Source: Macrostomum lignano (Eukaryota). From it: 64,000 bases of DNA. Below the pieces are notes generated by a model, which saw only the letters and a list, made by a program, of their open reading frames with translations, ran no database searches and was not told the origin of the DNA. Where the stretch lies: positions 186,001-250,000 of the forward strand of contig NIVC01000413.1 of NCBI GenBank assembly GCA_002269645.1. Reading direction: 5' to 3'. Made by a program: the position numbers and the translations under genes. Below, piece by piece: positions 25,028 through 36,989 of this stretch; position 1 is the first letter of the stretch, and every line of letters starts with the position of its first letter.

Positions 25028-25390
25028 CTGGTGGATGCTTGCTATCTGGGGGATGCTTGCTTGCTATCTGGGGATGCTTGCTATCTGGGGATGCTTGCTA
25101 TCTGGGGGATGCTTGCTATCTGGGGGATGCTTGCTATTTGGGTAATGCTTGCTATCTGGGGGACGCTTGCTATCTGGGGGATGCTTGCTATTTGGGTGAT
25201 GCTTGCTATCTGGGGACGCTTGCTATCTGGGGGATGCTTGCTATCTGGGGGATGCTTGCTATTTGGGTAATGCTTGCTATCTGGGGGACGCTTGCTATCT
25301 GGGGGATGCTTGCTATTTGGGTGATGCTTGCTATCTGGGGACGCTTGCTATCCGGGGGATGCTTGCAATCTGGGGGATGCTTGCTGTCTT
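25028..25390. repeat. 18-bp minisatellite gggggatgcttgctatct
   Basis: About 20 copies. Confidence 0.95.
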
Positions 25391-26515
25391 GGGATGATTT
25401 CTTTTTGCATTGCACTTTATTTGAGTAGTTTGTCTATTTTCTTTGTGAAAGCTTTATTTGGCTATCTTCTTATTACTTGTAAAGAACAGAGATTCTATAC
25501 AGATGTCCCCCAACGGGGGGCAAAGATTGCTAGTCATAGCCTATTATCCTAGGTCTAGTCTATGTCATAGGCTATAGGCTATGATACACTTGATATTACC
25601 ATAATATTTACTTTAATAAGCCTACAAATCTAATTCTGATATACCTTTTAATACTTTTAAGCTAAGGCCTAAGGCCAAGGCAAGGCCTAAACTTGCCCTT
25701 AGGAGAAATAGGAGAATGTTTAGGCTAAAGACAGCTTAAATTTAAAATGTCAGGAAAAATATCAGAAAGTATTGCATAAGCATATTAATAAGGTTAAATT
25801 TTGCTTATATACACTAATTTAACCAAGATAGGTGGCATGGGCCTAGTTTAATTGAAAGACCTCATGTTTCCAAAACTGCTTAGAAAGATATTCATGGCCT
25901 AACCCTAAGTCTAAGACTAGGCCTAAATAAGCATTCAAAATTGTTAGGTCTAACTAATATAATAAAGCAATAATATAATAAAGTCAATATATAGAGACAT
26001 TGTCTCTATACGACTATATGTACTTCATATAATTATAGGCTCTAGGCCTAGGCCTACTAGTACTAGGTCTAGGCAACTGAAATAGCAACCAATGCAAACT
26101 AGGATAAGGCCTAGGGGCAGCAAGGGGCCTAGTCATAACATCGGATAGGCCTATTGACTTTATTAGGCCTTTAAATTAAATTAAGCACAAGTAGCCAGCC
26201 ATAGGGCCCAGCTGAGAGAAGTATCCACATTTACTAGGGTCTAAATGTCTTGTCTAGAGTCTTAGGGGCCTAGCCTAGTCCAAACTATATAGTATATTAT
26301 TAGCCTAGGCCTACTAAATATATATCTCTACAGAGCTATACTAATCCACTACTCTACTATGGCTCTAGGATTAAGCCTCTTATTTATAATATCGAGCATG
26401 ACTGCACTAAACTAAACATTTCACATAATTTTGTAGGCCACTTTCAAACGCTTTTGTTTCCCCATTGATATTCGAATTTTAACAAAAGCAAAATACTAAA
26501 AGTAACCCGTAGCAT

Positions 26516-26790
26516 GAAACTTTACACAGAGTAAACTGCAACCGTGAAACGACTATTAATCAAGTTTTAGCTCGATATGTAACTTTGGCTTTGGCTTTGA
26601 GCTGGAGCGATTTTCGATGTGTTCCATTTAAAACACATGTGATTCCAAAATTCATATTGATATTCGAGTACAGGTACTTCTGCTTCACCGATCTTGACGA
26701 AACTTTACACAGAGTAAACTGCAACCGTGAAATGACTATTGGTCCAGTTTCAGCTCGATATGTAACTTTGGCTTTGAGCAGGACGACCTG
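26516..26790. repeat. About 95-bp direct repeat with 183-bp period (gaaactttacacagagtaaactgcaaccgtgaaa...gctcgatatgtaactttggctttg)
   Basis: Copies start at 26516 and 26699. Confidence 0.85.
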
Positions 26791-29343
26791 CATTCCGCAG
26801 CTTTATTCATACCAGTATACGTACTTAATGGTGTGCTGAATTGGCGAAGTTTTATTTACTGGTTGTTTATTTCATTGAATACTTTTTCCATCGCATTTAC
26901 ATTGACTGTTAGTTGAACAATTAGATCAGTTGAACAGTTTCAGAGGCTTTGAATTTGGTTGCTTTCACCATGTTTTAGCTTTCGAGCCTGAGTTTGTCTA
27001 TGGCCTTTCACCATCGTCGGTTTTTGGTTCGAAGAGACTAACACCATCCCTTTTCAAGCGTGACAGGACTGTACAACACTTTGACCAGTTAAGTTGTCGA
27101 TTTTTTGCTTTTAAAGTGATGGGTTTCGGCCTTTCGGCCCCTTTTTGGGAAAGCCTTCGGGCCTCAGGTCTCAGAAATAAATCAATTAGAGCCCTGGCCC
27201 CCCACTCCTGTCAGACGGTCAGCCCCATGGTAGCTTGATCGTGTGGCGAGCAGTCTAGGTCCTATAGCTAAGAGAGGGACAGCGAGAGACAAACAGGGAG
27301 AATTTTGAAGGTAGAGATCAGTTAATCCGCAGATTAACTAACCCGCTGCCAACAGCCCGTGCGTCCTGGCTCACCAAACCGGAACTTTCGAAATCGGGCT
27401 TCCGACTGGAAGGGGCTTTGCACTTACCTGCCAACTAGTGTCTTTTTGCTGTCAGTCTCTAAGTCCTAGCCGATGATAAGGGACACTGCTGGGACTTGAT
27501 CGTATTGGCCATGCAGGTACAGAGAGGGGACTTGTGCAGGGGATTCTTGCAGTGGCGAGACTATGGGGTAGCTACATGTACTACATTGCTAAATACGAGG
27601 AATTGTACTTTTGGCTTTCAACGCACTAACTAGCCTCTCATAGCGCTGATGATAGGCTAACTCGAACATCGGAGACCGCATGATTCATTACCCGAGCCGC
27701 TTGGCGAACCTAGAGTGCACAGAGTACATCTCTAGCGCCGATTTTGCACTATTGGCAATTTTGCTCACTGATTTGATGGATTGATCGACTGAGAACCGCC
27801 TTGCCATTGGTCCACTGTGACCGGCGCCTACTAGCTTAGCCACTCATCTGAGCCATCGGCGAACAAAGAAATAAAACCAATAAAAATAACTGTCAGATTT
27901 AACCTTCTCCTTAAATCACTTCACACTTCAGATTGAATTGGAGTTTCAGACTACTAATAGTATTATTAAGTGATTTCTGCCTCGATAATAGCACTGTTGA
28001 ATAAAATGAGCAAAAGTGTGCGCCTAATCCAGCTACTGAAATAAGGGACAGATAAGGAATCACCCAATCAAGCAAGTCTAGGAGTCTCTCACCCAACCAA
28101 TCAGAAACTCAACAGCCGCAGAACAGGTAATCCACAGTGACCGAATCAGCTTAGTGCTTCGCAGCTGTAGACTCGGGATGATGCTGATGTCACAATCTTC
28201 GCAGATAGCTAGCAGGCGATGCTCTCAACTTTGATGTTCGCTGCTGACGACCGTGGGAATTCGTCCTTGATGGTGATGGGGGGGGGGAGTCGCGATCCGG
28301 GGATCAAGAGACGACGGTCATTTGTTAGAAATCTAGATGACGAAGTGACCAAATTTTGAGGACACTTTGTCATCCCAAGATTTCGCAAAGCTGTAAATTG
28401 TTATTCGATTGTTCTGGTTGTACATGTAAATTGTTTACTCAATCAATAGTCAGTAAAATATAGGATTAAATACACGCTTAGAGATTCAACTTGTCGCTAT
28501 AATTGGCATCCAAATGCACGCTGTACGTATACATATCATTGTACTTTTATTCTATGGGTGCAAACTTGCCAAGCTCTATTAATTATTTTTGCTTGCTTGC
28601 TTAGGAAATTGCTAAGGCCTATGGGCATTATCGCTTCGCTTCCACAACTAGTATATAAGCGACGAAGTATGTGGCCATGTGATATTACGTAATGGATTTC
28701 TCCCTGCTCCACCTGTAGGGACTTAGCCCTTAAATCACAACCCCATACAATCTGAGCTAGAGTGTTGTCACCCACTAAATGTGCCAACCACCTCAGTGGC
28801 GGATCCAAGAGGGGTGCAGGTGCAGGGATGGTCACTTTACCCCTCGAGACTGACATGGCAATGCAGCCCACCCCCAGAATCCAGCAGCAGGTTGCAGAAC
28901 CGCCAGCTCTGATGTCAGGCAAATCTGTGTATGATTAAATTTAATTTATTTAAGAATGTAATTGGAAACCAGGCAGGCCTGAGTCATGCGTGCTTAATTT
29001 TGAAGCTGCTGTATTATAACCAACCGTATTTAAATTAGACTACAATTGTTTGAGTCAAAACACACTTCATTGCATTTCCGCCTATACTGTTCCTACCTAT
29101 ACTAGCTATACATGTATGTGCAGTAAATTAGGGCATCGCGTTTTATAAAAACCATGCCATAAAATAAAACTGCACTTTTATCTAGTAGACATTAATTTTT
29201 CTTTCATGCTGGTCGGACAAATCTGATTGGCTGCTGAGAATCTCTCCGCGTGTACGATAAAAAAATAAGTACACAGCCGAATGTACACGCAATTAGTGTG
29301 GTAAACTGCTCCAAACTGGAATTATCAGACGTGATTATCTATC

Positions 29344-29350
29344 TATAAAA
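29344..29350 (+). promoter_or_regulatory. TATA box of the secreted-peptide gene
   Basis: TATAAAA about 85 nt upstream of the ATG; reverse CCAAT (ctgattggctg) near 29223. Confidence 0.5.
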
Positions 29351-29431
29351 TATTTTACAGTCAACCTGCAGAACTTGTCCGGAGTTTTGCTATACAGTTT
29401 CAAATCCACATCTGCCAATCTACGTAGCATA

Positions 29432-29803
29432 ATGCAGCAATTATCTGCAGTTCTGCTGATTGTGCTGTTAGTCAACACCGCTTACGCCCTGAGCTATCGT
29501 CAGCGCGGAGGCAGACGCGGTCACCCAGTTGTGGAGGACGAGACCAGCTACAAGCTAAGGTACCTTCTTGAGCGCAAATACCAAGGCGACCCAGTAGCTC
29601 CGCCGCTGCCCGAGGAATCCGAGGAGGCTGCGACCCCAGCTGGTAGAGGCTACCAGCAGCCAGGCGGAAGACCTGCTGCACCTCATCATCGCGGCTACGA
29701 ACGTCGCGGACCCGTTGGCTACCAGGACCACCATCGTCATGGATATGGGCACCCGGAGAGAGAGTACTACTATTACGAAGATCACGATTACTACTATCGC
29801 TAG
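29432..29803 (+). CDS. Single-exon secreted Tyr/His/Gly/Arg-rich 123-aa orphan protein
   Basis: MQQLSAVLLIVLLVNTAYA is a typical signal peptide. GC-rich coding-like island in AT-rich flanks, with TATA upstream and AATAAA at 29886-29891. Confidence 0.8.
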   Translation: MQQLSAVLLIVLLVNTAYALSYRQRGGRRGHPVVEDETSYKLRYLLERKYQGDPVAPPLPEESEEAATPAGRGYQQPGGRPAAPHHRGYERRGPVGYQDHHRHGYGHPEREYYYYEDHDYYYR

Positions 29804-29885
29804 TTTATGATGCCACGCTAAGTATATTGATATCCCCTATGAGATATTCAATGTTTGGCAATATTTTCACTACAAAAACAATCAA

Positions 29886-29891
29886 AATAAA
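29886..29891 (+). terminator. Polyadenylation signal AATAAA
   Basis: 83 nt after the stop of 29432-29803. Confidence 0.6.
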
Positions 29892-30189
29892 TATGAGCGA
29901 TGCATGGTGCGATCAGTTTTGTTTAAACTTTTAATTGAAAAAAAGTTTTTAAGTTTCTTAAAACGACTGTTAGGAGTAAAGTGTAGAGTCCCATAACTCG
30001 TGACAATTTAAAGAGACGGTGCGTGCTGCTGCAATATCAAGCTATAGAGTCAAGGTCATAGCATGGGCCACAGGTGCAAACCTGGTCAAAATTTGTCTAA
30101 ATTTTAAGCTGCCAAATAACTAAAAACATGTATTATTAGATCAGGGTCTTTTGAAACTTCAAAATAGCGATCCGGCCCGCTCAAGGTTT

Positions 30190-30500
30190 GTGTATCTTCT
30201 CAGTTCTGTTCTCTCTAAACTCTCATCTCCTCTCCCTTCTCGTCTCTCTTTTTTTCCTCTTCTCTCCCTCTTCTCTCCCCTCTAGTCTCTCCCTATTCTC
30301 TCCTCTCCGTTCTCGTCTCTCCTCCCCCTTCTCGTCTCGTTTCGCTCCTCTCCTCTCACTTCTCCTCTTCTCTTTCTCCTCTCTCCTCTATCCACTCTCC
30401 TCTCTTCTTTATCATTTCTCTTCTCTTTTACTTCATTTCCTCGCCTTTTCCTTTCTCCTGTTTCGCTTCTCTTTTCTCATTTCTTTTCTCTCTCCTCCTC
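30190..30500. repeat. CT-rich low-complexity tract
   Basis: Almost purely pyrimidine. Confidence 0.9.
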
Positions 30501-30885
30501 TGGCCCGCAGTCATGCCCTGGGTTCTCTACCTGACCTTTGAGGTAAATTTGTGCCGACCCCTGCATTAGATCAAGATTTCGGTCATAGGTCAAAAATCAA
30601 AATCAAGGTCGCTCGTTCTATTTATTCTACGTGTGGTGGGTAAACGGTGAGAGAAATAGTACCTGCATTTTTACCAGTAAACGCATCGTCATCTAAGTAG
30701 TAGTTGACTAATTTTTATATCATGGGTTTAATCTGTTTGGTTTTAAGCGGTAGCAGAAACAATTAAAGCAGACAAAATTTGGAGGTTGCTCAAAAATTAT
30801 TTTTCTCTACAAAAGTGCAACAATAGCACACCGCAGTCGGCCGATTAAAACCACTTCGCGCCCAAGCTTGGTTCTGTAAGATGGC

Positions 30886-31715
30886 TTAAAAGCCCAAAGG
30901 CCTGCAGAGCAGTCCATAGACAAATTTGTCTTTTTTGCTGAATCGAGTGCACACCCTAGAAGCCCAGAAGTAAAGTATATCACATAGTTTTTCAGCTAGC
31001 TCCTGTTCAAACCTTCCTACCCACAAATGGCTTTTACGCGGCCGAATAGGACAGCTAAAAGTGACGCCTTGCGTAGACTGGGACTCGATTCCGATTCGGA
31101 AGACGCTTTATCAAGCAATGACTTGACGGTTTTTTAGTCAGAAACGGAGTCGGAAGGCATGGATCCAGAAATTGATCCTGACTGAAGAGTTTCTCACCAC
31201 AGTCTTGTCACATGGACCAATGAGCGAATGTGGTTGGCAGTCAGGGAGTTCCAGCAGGAGAGTGCAGAAAATGGCGAGGAAGAGAGCGAGAGTTGTTGCT
31301 GAGCTTAGCCGCGAAGTGCTGGGCGAAGGATACCACATATACACGGACGACTCCCAGCAACGGGAAGCCCAGACTCGCCCAAGCAAACGATTCCGAATTT
31401 GAAATCTGCCGTTCCAGCTAAGAAGACAGTATTTTGCTGCAGCCAATGTCCCGGAAATCCTGGTCTCTGTCCAGATCCATGCTAATTCATCCACGCTTTA
31501 TTTCCCCTTTAACATTTCCCATTTGAGTGAAAACACAATGGAAATGCATAATGGACGTCTTTAAATCAGTCATGGCCTGCACAGCAGGCCATACTGGGCA
31601 CTTGCTTTAGTGATTGGGAGATGGTTTTTGATGCCATAGACATTTTTCAATCTCTGGGTTTCTGGGCCGTTTCGGTATGGCCTGCAGTGCAGGCCTTTGG
31701 CTTCCAAATGGTTAA
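30886..31715 (+). mobile_element. Internally deleted piggyBac-like element
   Basis: Fragment VVAELSREVLGEGYHIYTDD resembles the piggyBac catalytic GYHIYTDN motif. Acidic N-terminal remnant at 31028-31180. Imperfect inverted repeats 30890-30918 and 31676-31703; TTAA at 30886 and 31712. Confidence 0.6.
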
Positions 31716-32689
31716 AACTTATATATTTACTATATTACTAGTAGCGCTGGTGCACAATAGCAAAATATATTTCTTAGAAGAACAAGAAAACAATCAATCT
31801 GATGTTTTTCTCAATTGCACTGAAATTCGTTGACAGTTCAAAATTCAAACCAAGAGAGAAAACATTATAAAGCAACAAAAAAGAATTGAAAAGACCGTTT
31901 TTTATTCGCTAGTTTTTATACAGTCCTCCGCTGGCGGACAAAAGTAGATATATTGCCAAATCTGCCTACTGACAGTAGCCAAGTGAAGTAGTAGTTTCGA
32001 CTATTATTTTTTTCGCATAAATAAAAAAGCAAGAAAAAACACAGATTATCAACAGAAAAAGTGAAAGCTTTCAGAATTCATCAACAACCCCCCCCCCCAC
32101 AGGCTGCCCGTTAGCTGAAGCAGTGAACTGATCTCAATCATTGGAACGAACAGAAAATAAACTGATAGAAAAAAGCAGACAAAGTAAAAAACACAGAATG
32201 CATGAACTGTGCAACGTTGGCTTTTAAAAAAACCACAAAAACCCGACAGCACAGAGATGCTGTCAAATTCTGGTTGAACAAGAATAACCCATGGCCGAGT
32301 GCCGGACACACTGTCTGTAGACACCATCAGTTTAAGGCAGTTTAAGTTGCCGCAATAATGAAACGCATTTTCTCATTTCTTAAGGAAAAAGAGAAGAAAG
32401 TAGAAAGAAAACGCAAACAGAAAAACAGGCATTTGAGAATCAGAGACAGAATGAGTTAATCTTGAGAGACCTTGTCTTCTCATTCTCTTTACGCAATTCA
32501 GAATCGCAATAGAAATTCTCGAATGCAGATTTGAAAGTGGAAATTGTAATCTTAATAACTTTGTGGTTCGAGAAAAGAAGATCAAGAGTTGGGATACTGA
32601 GTTTTGAGATTTCAGACCGAAATTTTTGTAGATCTGAAATGGGGTTCTGAGATTTGGGATCAGAATCCTTAGAATTTAATCGGGACTTA

Positions 32690-33190
32690 CAGCTCAAGAA
32701 TCGTGACTTACGGCTCAGGAATCAGGACTTGCAGCTCAGGAATCAGGACTTGCAGCTCAGGAATCGGGACTTACAAGACAGGAATCGGGACTTACAGGAC
32801 AGGAATCGGGACTTACGGCTCAGGAATCGGGACTTACAGCTCAGGAATCGGGACTTACAGCTCAGGAAGCGGGACTTACGGCTCAGGAATCGAGACTTAC
32901 AGCTCAGGAATCGGGACTTACAGCTCAGGAATCGGGACTTACAGGGCAGGAATCGGGACTTACAGGGCAGGAATCGGGACTTACAGCTCAGGAAGCGGGA
33001 CTTACATAGCAGGGATCGGGACTTACGGCTCAGGAATCGGGACTTACAGGGCAGGAATCGGGACTTACAGCTCAGGAATCGGGACTTACAGCTCAGGAAT
33101 CGGGACTTACAGCTCAGGAATCGGGACTTACAGCTCAGGAAGCGGGACTTACGGCTCAGAAATCGGGACTTACGGCTCAGGAAGCGAGAT
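32690..33190. repeat. 21-bp minisatellite aggaatcgggacttacagctc
   Basis: About 23 copies. Confidence 0.95.
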
Positions 33191-33889
33191 TCGATGCAGA
33201 CCGACCAAAAGCTTCAAGTATCTCCTGAACAGTCAATCAATCAAGTTATTCTAAATTTCACATTTTGAATAACGAATTAATAATCAAGCAAAGGAATAAA
33301 CACAAAAGCAAACCTGTCATAGGCACACGGTGTAATGGATTATTAGCCCATTTAATCTGCTTATTATTTCAATAGCGCTGCAAGATTAAGCTAAATATTT
33401 ACACCTTAAAATGTACGCTTAAATACATACGTATCTAGTCAGTAAAAAAGTAAAGACACAAATTGAGGACAAAACTGGTTGCTACGGGGTCAGAGAAGTG
33501 CTCAGCCTTAATTGAGCTTGTCTGAGAGACAGAAAAGTTGTGAAAAAAAGAGCGACAGAAAAAAGCACTGCTTATCAATATAAGTAGTCTGTCTTGTATA
33601 TAAATGAGTATAAATATAGAAATATGCTCAGTCTATGTCACCCATCATCAGAGACCAAGTAAGACACAGTAGAAAAGCAGCTCTCTGATGACTAAAAAAC
33701 CGCGACTTGCATTGGGGCTGGCCGAGCGGCAAAGTTGCAAATATCGACTGTACATATTTATACATGTACAATGGTAAAATTGACACAATGCGAGTGATTG
33801 CCGGTTTACCCCGGCTAATCCGTGGCATGGGGGTTCGAATTTTTAAAGTCAAACTCAAGGGTATTCGTTTAATTTGCGTCTGGGGTCTC

Positions 33890-34305
33890 TAGATCACTGC
33901 CTGGGTATCTAGATCACTGCCTGGGGTATCTAGAGCACACCCGGGGTATTTAGAGCACGCCTGGGGTATCTAGAGCACTGCCTGGGATATCTAGAGCATT
34001 GTCTGGGGTATCTAGAGCATTGTCTGGGGTATCTAGAGCACTGCCTTGGGTATCTAGATCACTGCCTGGGGTATCTAGAGCACTGCCTTGGGTATCTAGA
34101 TCACTGCCTGGGGTATCTAGATCACTGCCTGGGGTATCTAGAGCACTGCCTTGGGTATCTAGATCACTGCCTGGGGTATCTAGAGCACGCCTGGGGTATC
34201 TAGAGCACTGCCTGGGGTATCTAGAGCACCGTATGAGGTATCTTGATCATTGTCTGGGGTATCTAGTTAAGCAGCAGGGCTATTTAAATAACTGCCTGGG
34301 TATCT
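33890..34305. repeat. 20-21-bp minisatellite ggggtatctagagcactgcct
   Basis: About 19 copies. Confidence 0.93.
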
Positions 34306-34339
34306 AAATAATAAATTTTAAGGGTATAACAAATAAGTA

Positions 34340-35012
34340 TCCGAGGGCATTTAGATAAGTATCCGAGGGTATTTAGATAAGTGTCAGAGGGTATCCAGAT
34401 AAGTGCCAGAGGGTATCAAGATAAGTGTCAGAGGGTATCCAGATAAGTGCCAGAGGGTATCAAGATAAGTGTCAGAGGGTATCCAGATAAGTGCCAGAGG
34501 GTATCAAGATAAGTGTCAGAGGGTATCCAGATAAGTGCCAGAGGGTATCTAGATAAGTGTCAGAGGGTATCTAGATAAGTGCCAGAGGGTATCTAGATAA
34601 GTGTCAGAGGGTATCCAGATAAGTGCCAGAGGGTATCCAGATAAGTGCCAGAGGGTATCCAGATAAGTGCCAGAGGGTATCCAGATAAGTGCCAGAGGGT
34701 ATCCAGATAAGTGCCAGAGGGTATCCAGATAAGTGCCAGAGGGTATCCAGATAAGTGTCAGAGGGTATCCAGATAAGTGCCAGAGGGTATCCAGATAAGT
34801 GCCAGAGGGTATCCAGATAAGTGCCAGAGGGTATCCAGATAAGTGCCAGAGGGTATCCAGATAAGTGCCAGAGGGTATCCAGATAAGTGCCAGAGGGTAT
34901 CCAGATAAGTGCCAGAGGGTATCCAGATAAGTGCCAGAGGGTATCCAGATAAGTGCCAGAGGGTATCCAGATAAGTGCCAGAGGGTATCCAGATAAGTGC
35001 CAGAGGGTATCT
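34340..35012. repeat. 22-bp minisatellite gagggtatccagataagtgcca
   Basis: About 30 copies. Confidence 0.95.
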
Positions 35013-35104
35013 AGAAGCGCATCCGAAGCCAATCAGAAGTTCGACAATTTCATAATAAATTCCAGTTAAACTATTCTGACTCCAGAATCAGCCAAATATC
35101 AAGC

Positions 35105-35719
35105 TCAAACATCGACCGATGCAGTCACCCCAACGGCTCTCCGCCATCGCCTAGTCAGCATCCGCAGTCTCCAAGCCGCCATCACGGCGTACACCGCCGA
35201 ACGAAGTCGCCAACAGCGACGCCTCGGTCTTTGCTGCTGCTGCTGCTGCAGCTGGCACCGCAACTGCCGATGTGCTGCTCCATCAAACATAGATTCGTCA
35301 ACAGAGGAATCTTCAGACTGGCTGTAGCGGCTCAGCAACAGTCGCAGGTACTCCTTCTGATAGACTAAATCTCGGCGATGCTTTTCAGCGCGTAGATATT
35401 TCGCGTAATACGGCTGCTGATGCTGCTGCTGATGATGATGATGAGGCTGGCGATGATGCTGAGGCGAGGAAGCTGCAACAGATTCTGTGCGAGCCCGACG
35501 ATCTTCATCTGACCGCCGAAGCCGCTCCTGCAGCTGCCGATTCTGCTCCATCAGCCGGGCTGCCAAACGGCGATGATCCTCGTCGCCAGAGTTTATTCGT
35601 TGAAGCGAGCTGGCCAGATCGCGGAAGCTGTCGTCCAGTTGATGACTGCTGGTGCCCGAGCGGGTGGCGCGGATTCGACTGACCGTAGGCGGGGTGGCGC
35701 CAGCCGGCGGAGTTGGCGA
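35105..35719 (-). CDS. PCNT: Pericentrin/AKAP9-like protein, last exon with PACT domain
   Basis: YAKYLRAEKHRRDLVYQKEYLRLLL and RLRSAVYAVMAAWRLRMLTRRW match the PACT consensus (KYLRAESFRKALxYQKKYL; RFRxAVxVVIAxxRxxFLxxKW). Acceptor ttttcacag| in phase 0; stop at 35105-35107. Confidence 0.88.
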   Translation of the reverse strand, partial: SPTPPAGATPPTVSRIRATRSGTSSHQLDDSFRDLASSLQRINSGDEDHRRLAARLMEQNRQLQERLRRSDEDRRARTESVAASSPQHHRQPHHHHQQQHQQPYYAKYLRAEKHRRDLVYQKEYLRLLLSRYSQSEDSSVDESMFDGAAHRQLRCQLQQQQQQRPRRRCWRLRSAVYAVMAAWRLRMLTRRWRRAVGVTASVDV

Positions 35720-35854
35720 CTGTGAAAATTTTATTTCCGTGTTAAGTTATTTTCGATACATATCGGTGATTTGAAAAATACTCTTATTAGTACCTACAAC
35801 TGTAAAAAAAGCAAAAAAGGGCTTGATCAATAGTAAATAAAGGCTTCTTTTAGG

Positions 35855-36345
35855 TACCTGAAGTCCTATTTAGGTACTTGAAGTCCTATCTAGGTACATG
35901 AAGTCCTATCTAGGTACCTGAAGTCCTATCTAGGTACCTGAAGTCCTATCTATTACCTGAAGCCCTATCTAGGTACATGAAGTCCTATCTAGGTACCTGA
36001 AGTCCTATCTATGTACCTGAAGCCCTATCTAGGTACCTGAAGTCCTATCTATGTACCTGAAGCCCTATCTAGGTACCTGAAGTCCTATCTATGTACCTGA
36101 AGCCCTATCTAGGTACCTGAAGTCCTATCTATGTACCTGAAGCCCTATCTAGGTACCTGAAGCCCTATCTAGGTACCTGAAGTCCTATCTAGGTACCTGA
36201 AGCCCTATCTAGGTACCTGAAGTCCTATCTAGGTACCTGAAGCCCTATCTAGGTACCTGAAGTCCTATCTAGGTACCTGAAGTCCTATCTATGTACCTGA
36301 AGCCCTATCTAGGTACCTGAAGCCCTATCTATATATCTGAAGGCC
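35855..36345. repeat. 20-bp intronic minisatellite aggtacctgaagtcctatct
   Basis: About 24 copies. Confidence 0.95.
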
Positions 36346-36989
36346 ATTTTAAGGACTCCAGTAAATCTATTTTTAGATAAGAAACCCCTAAACGGTTAGA
36401 TTGTGACAAAAAACTGCAATGAATGTTAGGTGCAAATAAAAATCTACATAGAACAAATGACAAAAATGAGTTATAAGTGGGTGCACACTAGGAAAATATT
36501 TTCAATGTTGATTCTTGTGAATATAAATAATCGTCATCCAAGCAAAAAAGGTGATATTTTAAAGAAATTGAAATTCAAGCAACCAGAATATCAGCTTACG
36601 GTTTTAGGTTAAAAGCAGGATTTTTTTCAAATTCGAAGCATTCGATATTCGTCCTCACTTACTCATAGTAGCATCTCTACTACTAGGCAGCAGTAGCATC
36701 GTTAGTTTCGCAACATAAATGTAAAGCCATAGTTAACTTTAATCGTACAATAGAAATACAGAAATAAATAAGGCAACAAGCAACTACTATTAGTAACAAT
36801 GACGGAAAAAGCACAAGACAGCTATAGGGCAAGTCCATTTCTCTAAGAAAAACGAAATAGTTCCAGATTCTCAGAAACTAGACAAACATTTCTAAGAAAA
36901 AATTGATACAAGTTAAAAAAGTGTTCGATTTCACAAGTTCGAAATTTTATTCTTATTTCATATATGGAGCTTATGTAAAGGTTCTAAGA

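Larger units (their letters stand above)
21502..25533 (+). mobile_element. Possible non-autonomous Helitron (or two separate Helitron ends)
   Basis: 5' a|TCCTATATACTAAAAATGAGTTGTCTGT followed by accgattttcttcaaactt. 3' hairpin ccccc-aac-gggggg (25507-25520), then CTAG|t at 25530-25534. No TSD. Confidence 0.4.

Noticed and set aside
27318-27340. Perfect 8-bp hairpin agttaatc-cgca-gattaact
   Set aside because: Isolated; no partner terminus or element boundary was found.
28794-28915. CAGTGGCGGATCC, a common MITE-like terminus
   Set aside because: No convincing inverted partner or TSD nearby.
33719-33842. A box (tggccgagcgg) and B box (ggttcgaat) suggesting a tRNA
   Set aside because: The boxes are about 100 nt apart, and acceptor and T stems do not pair; at most a decayed SINE.
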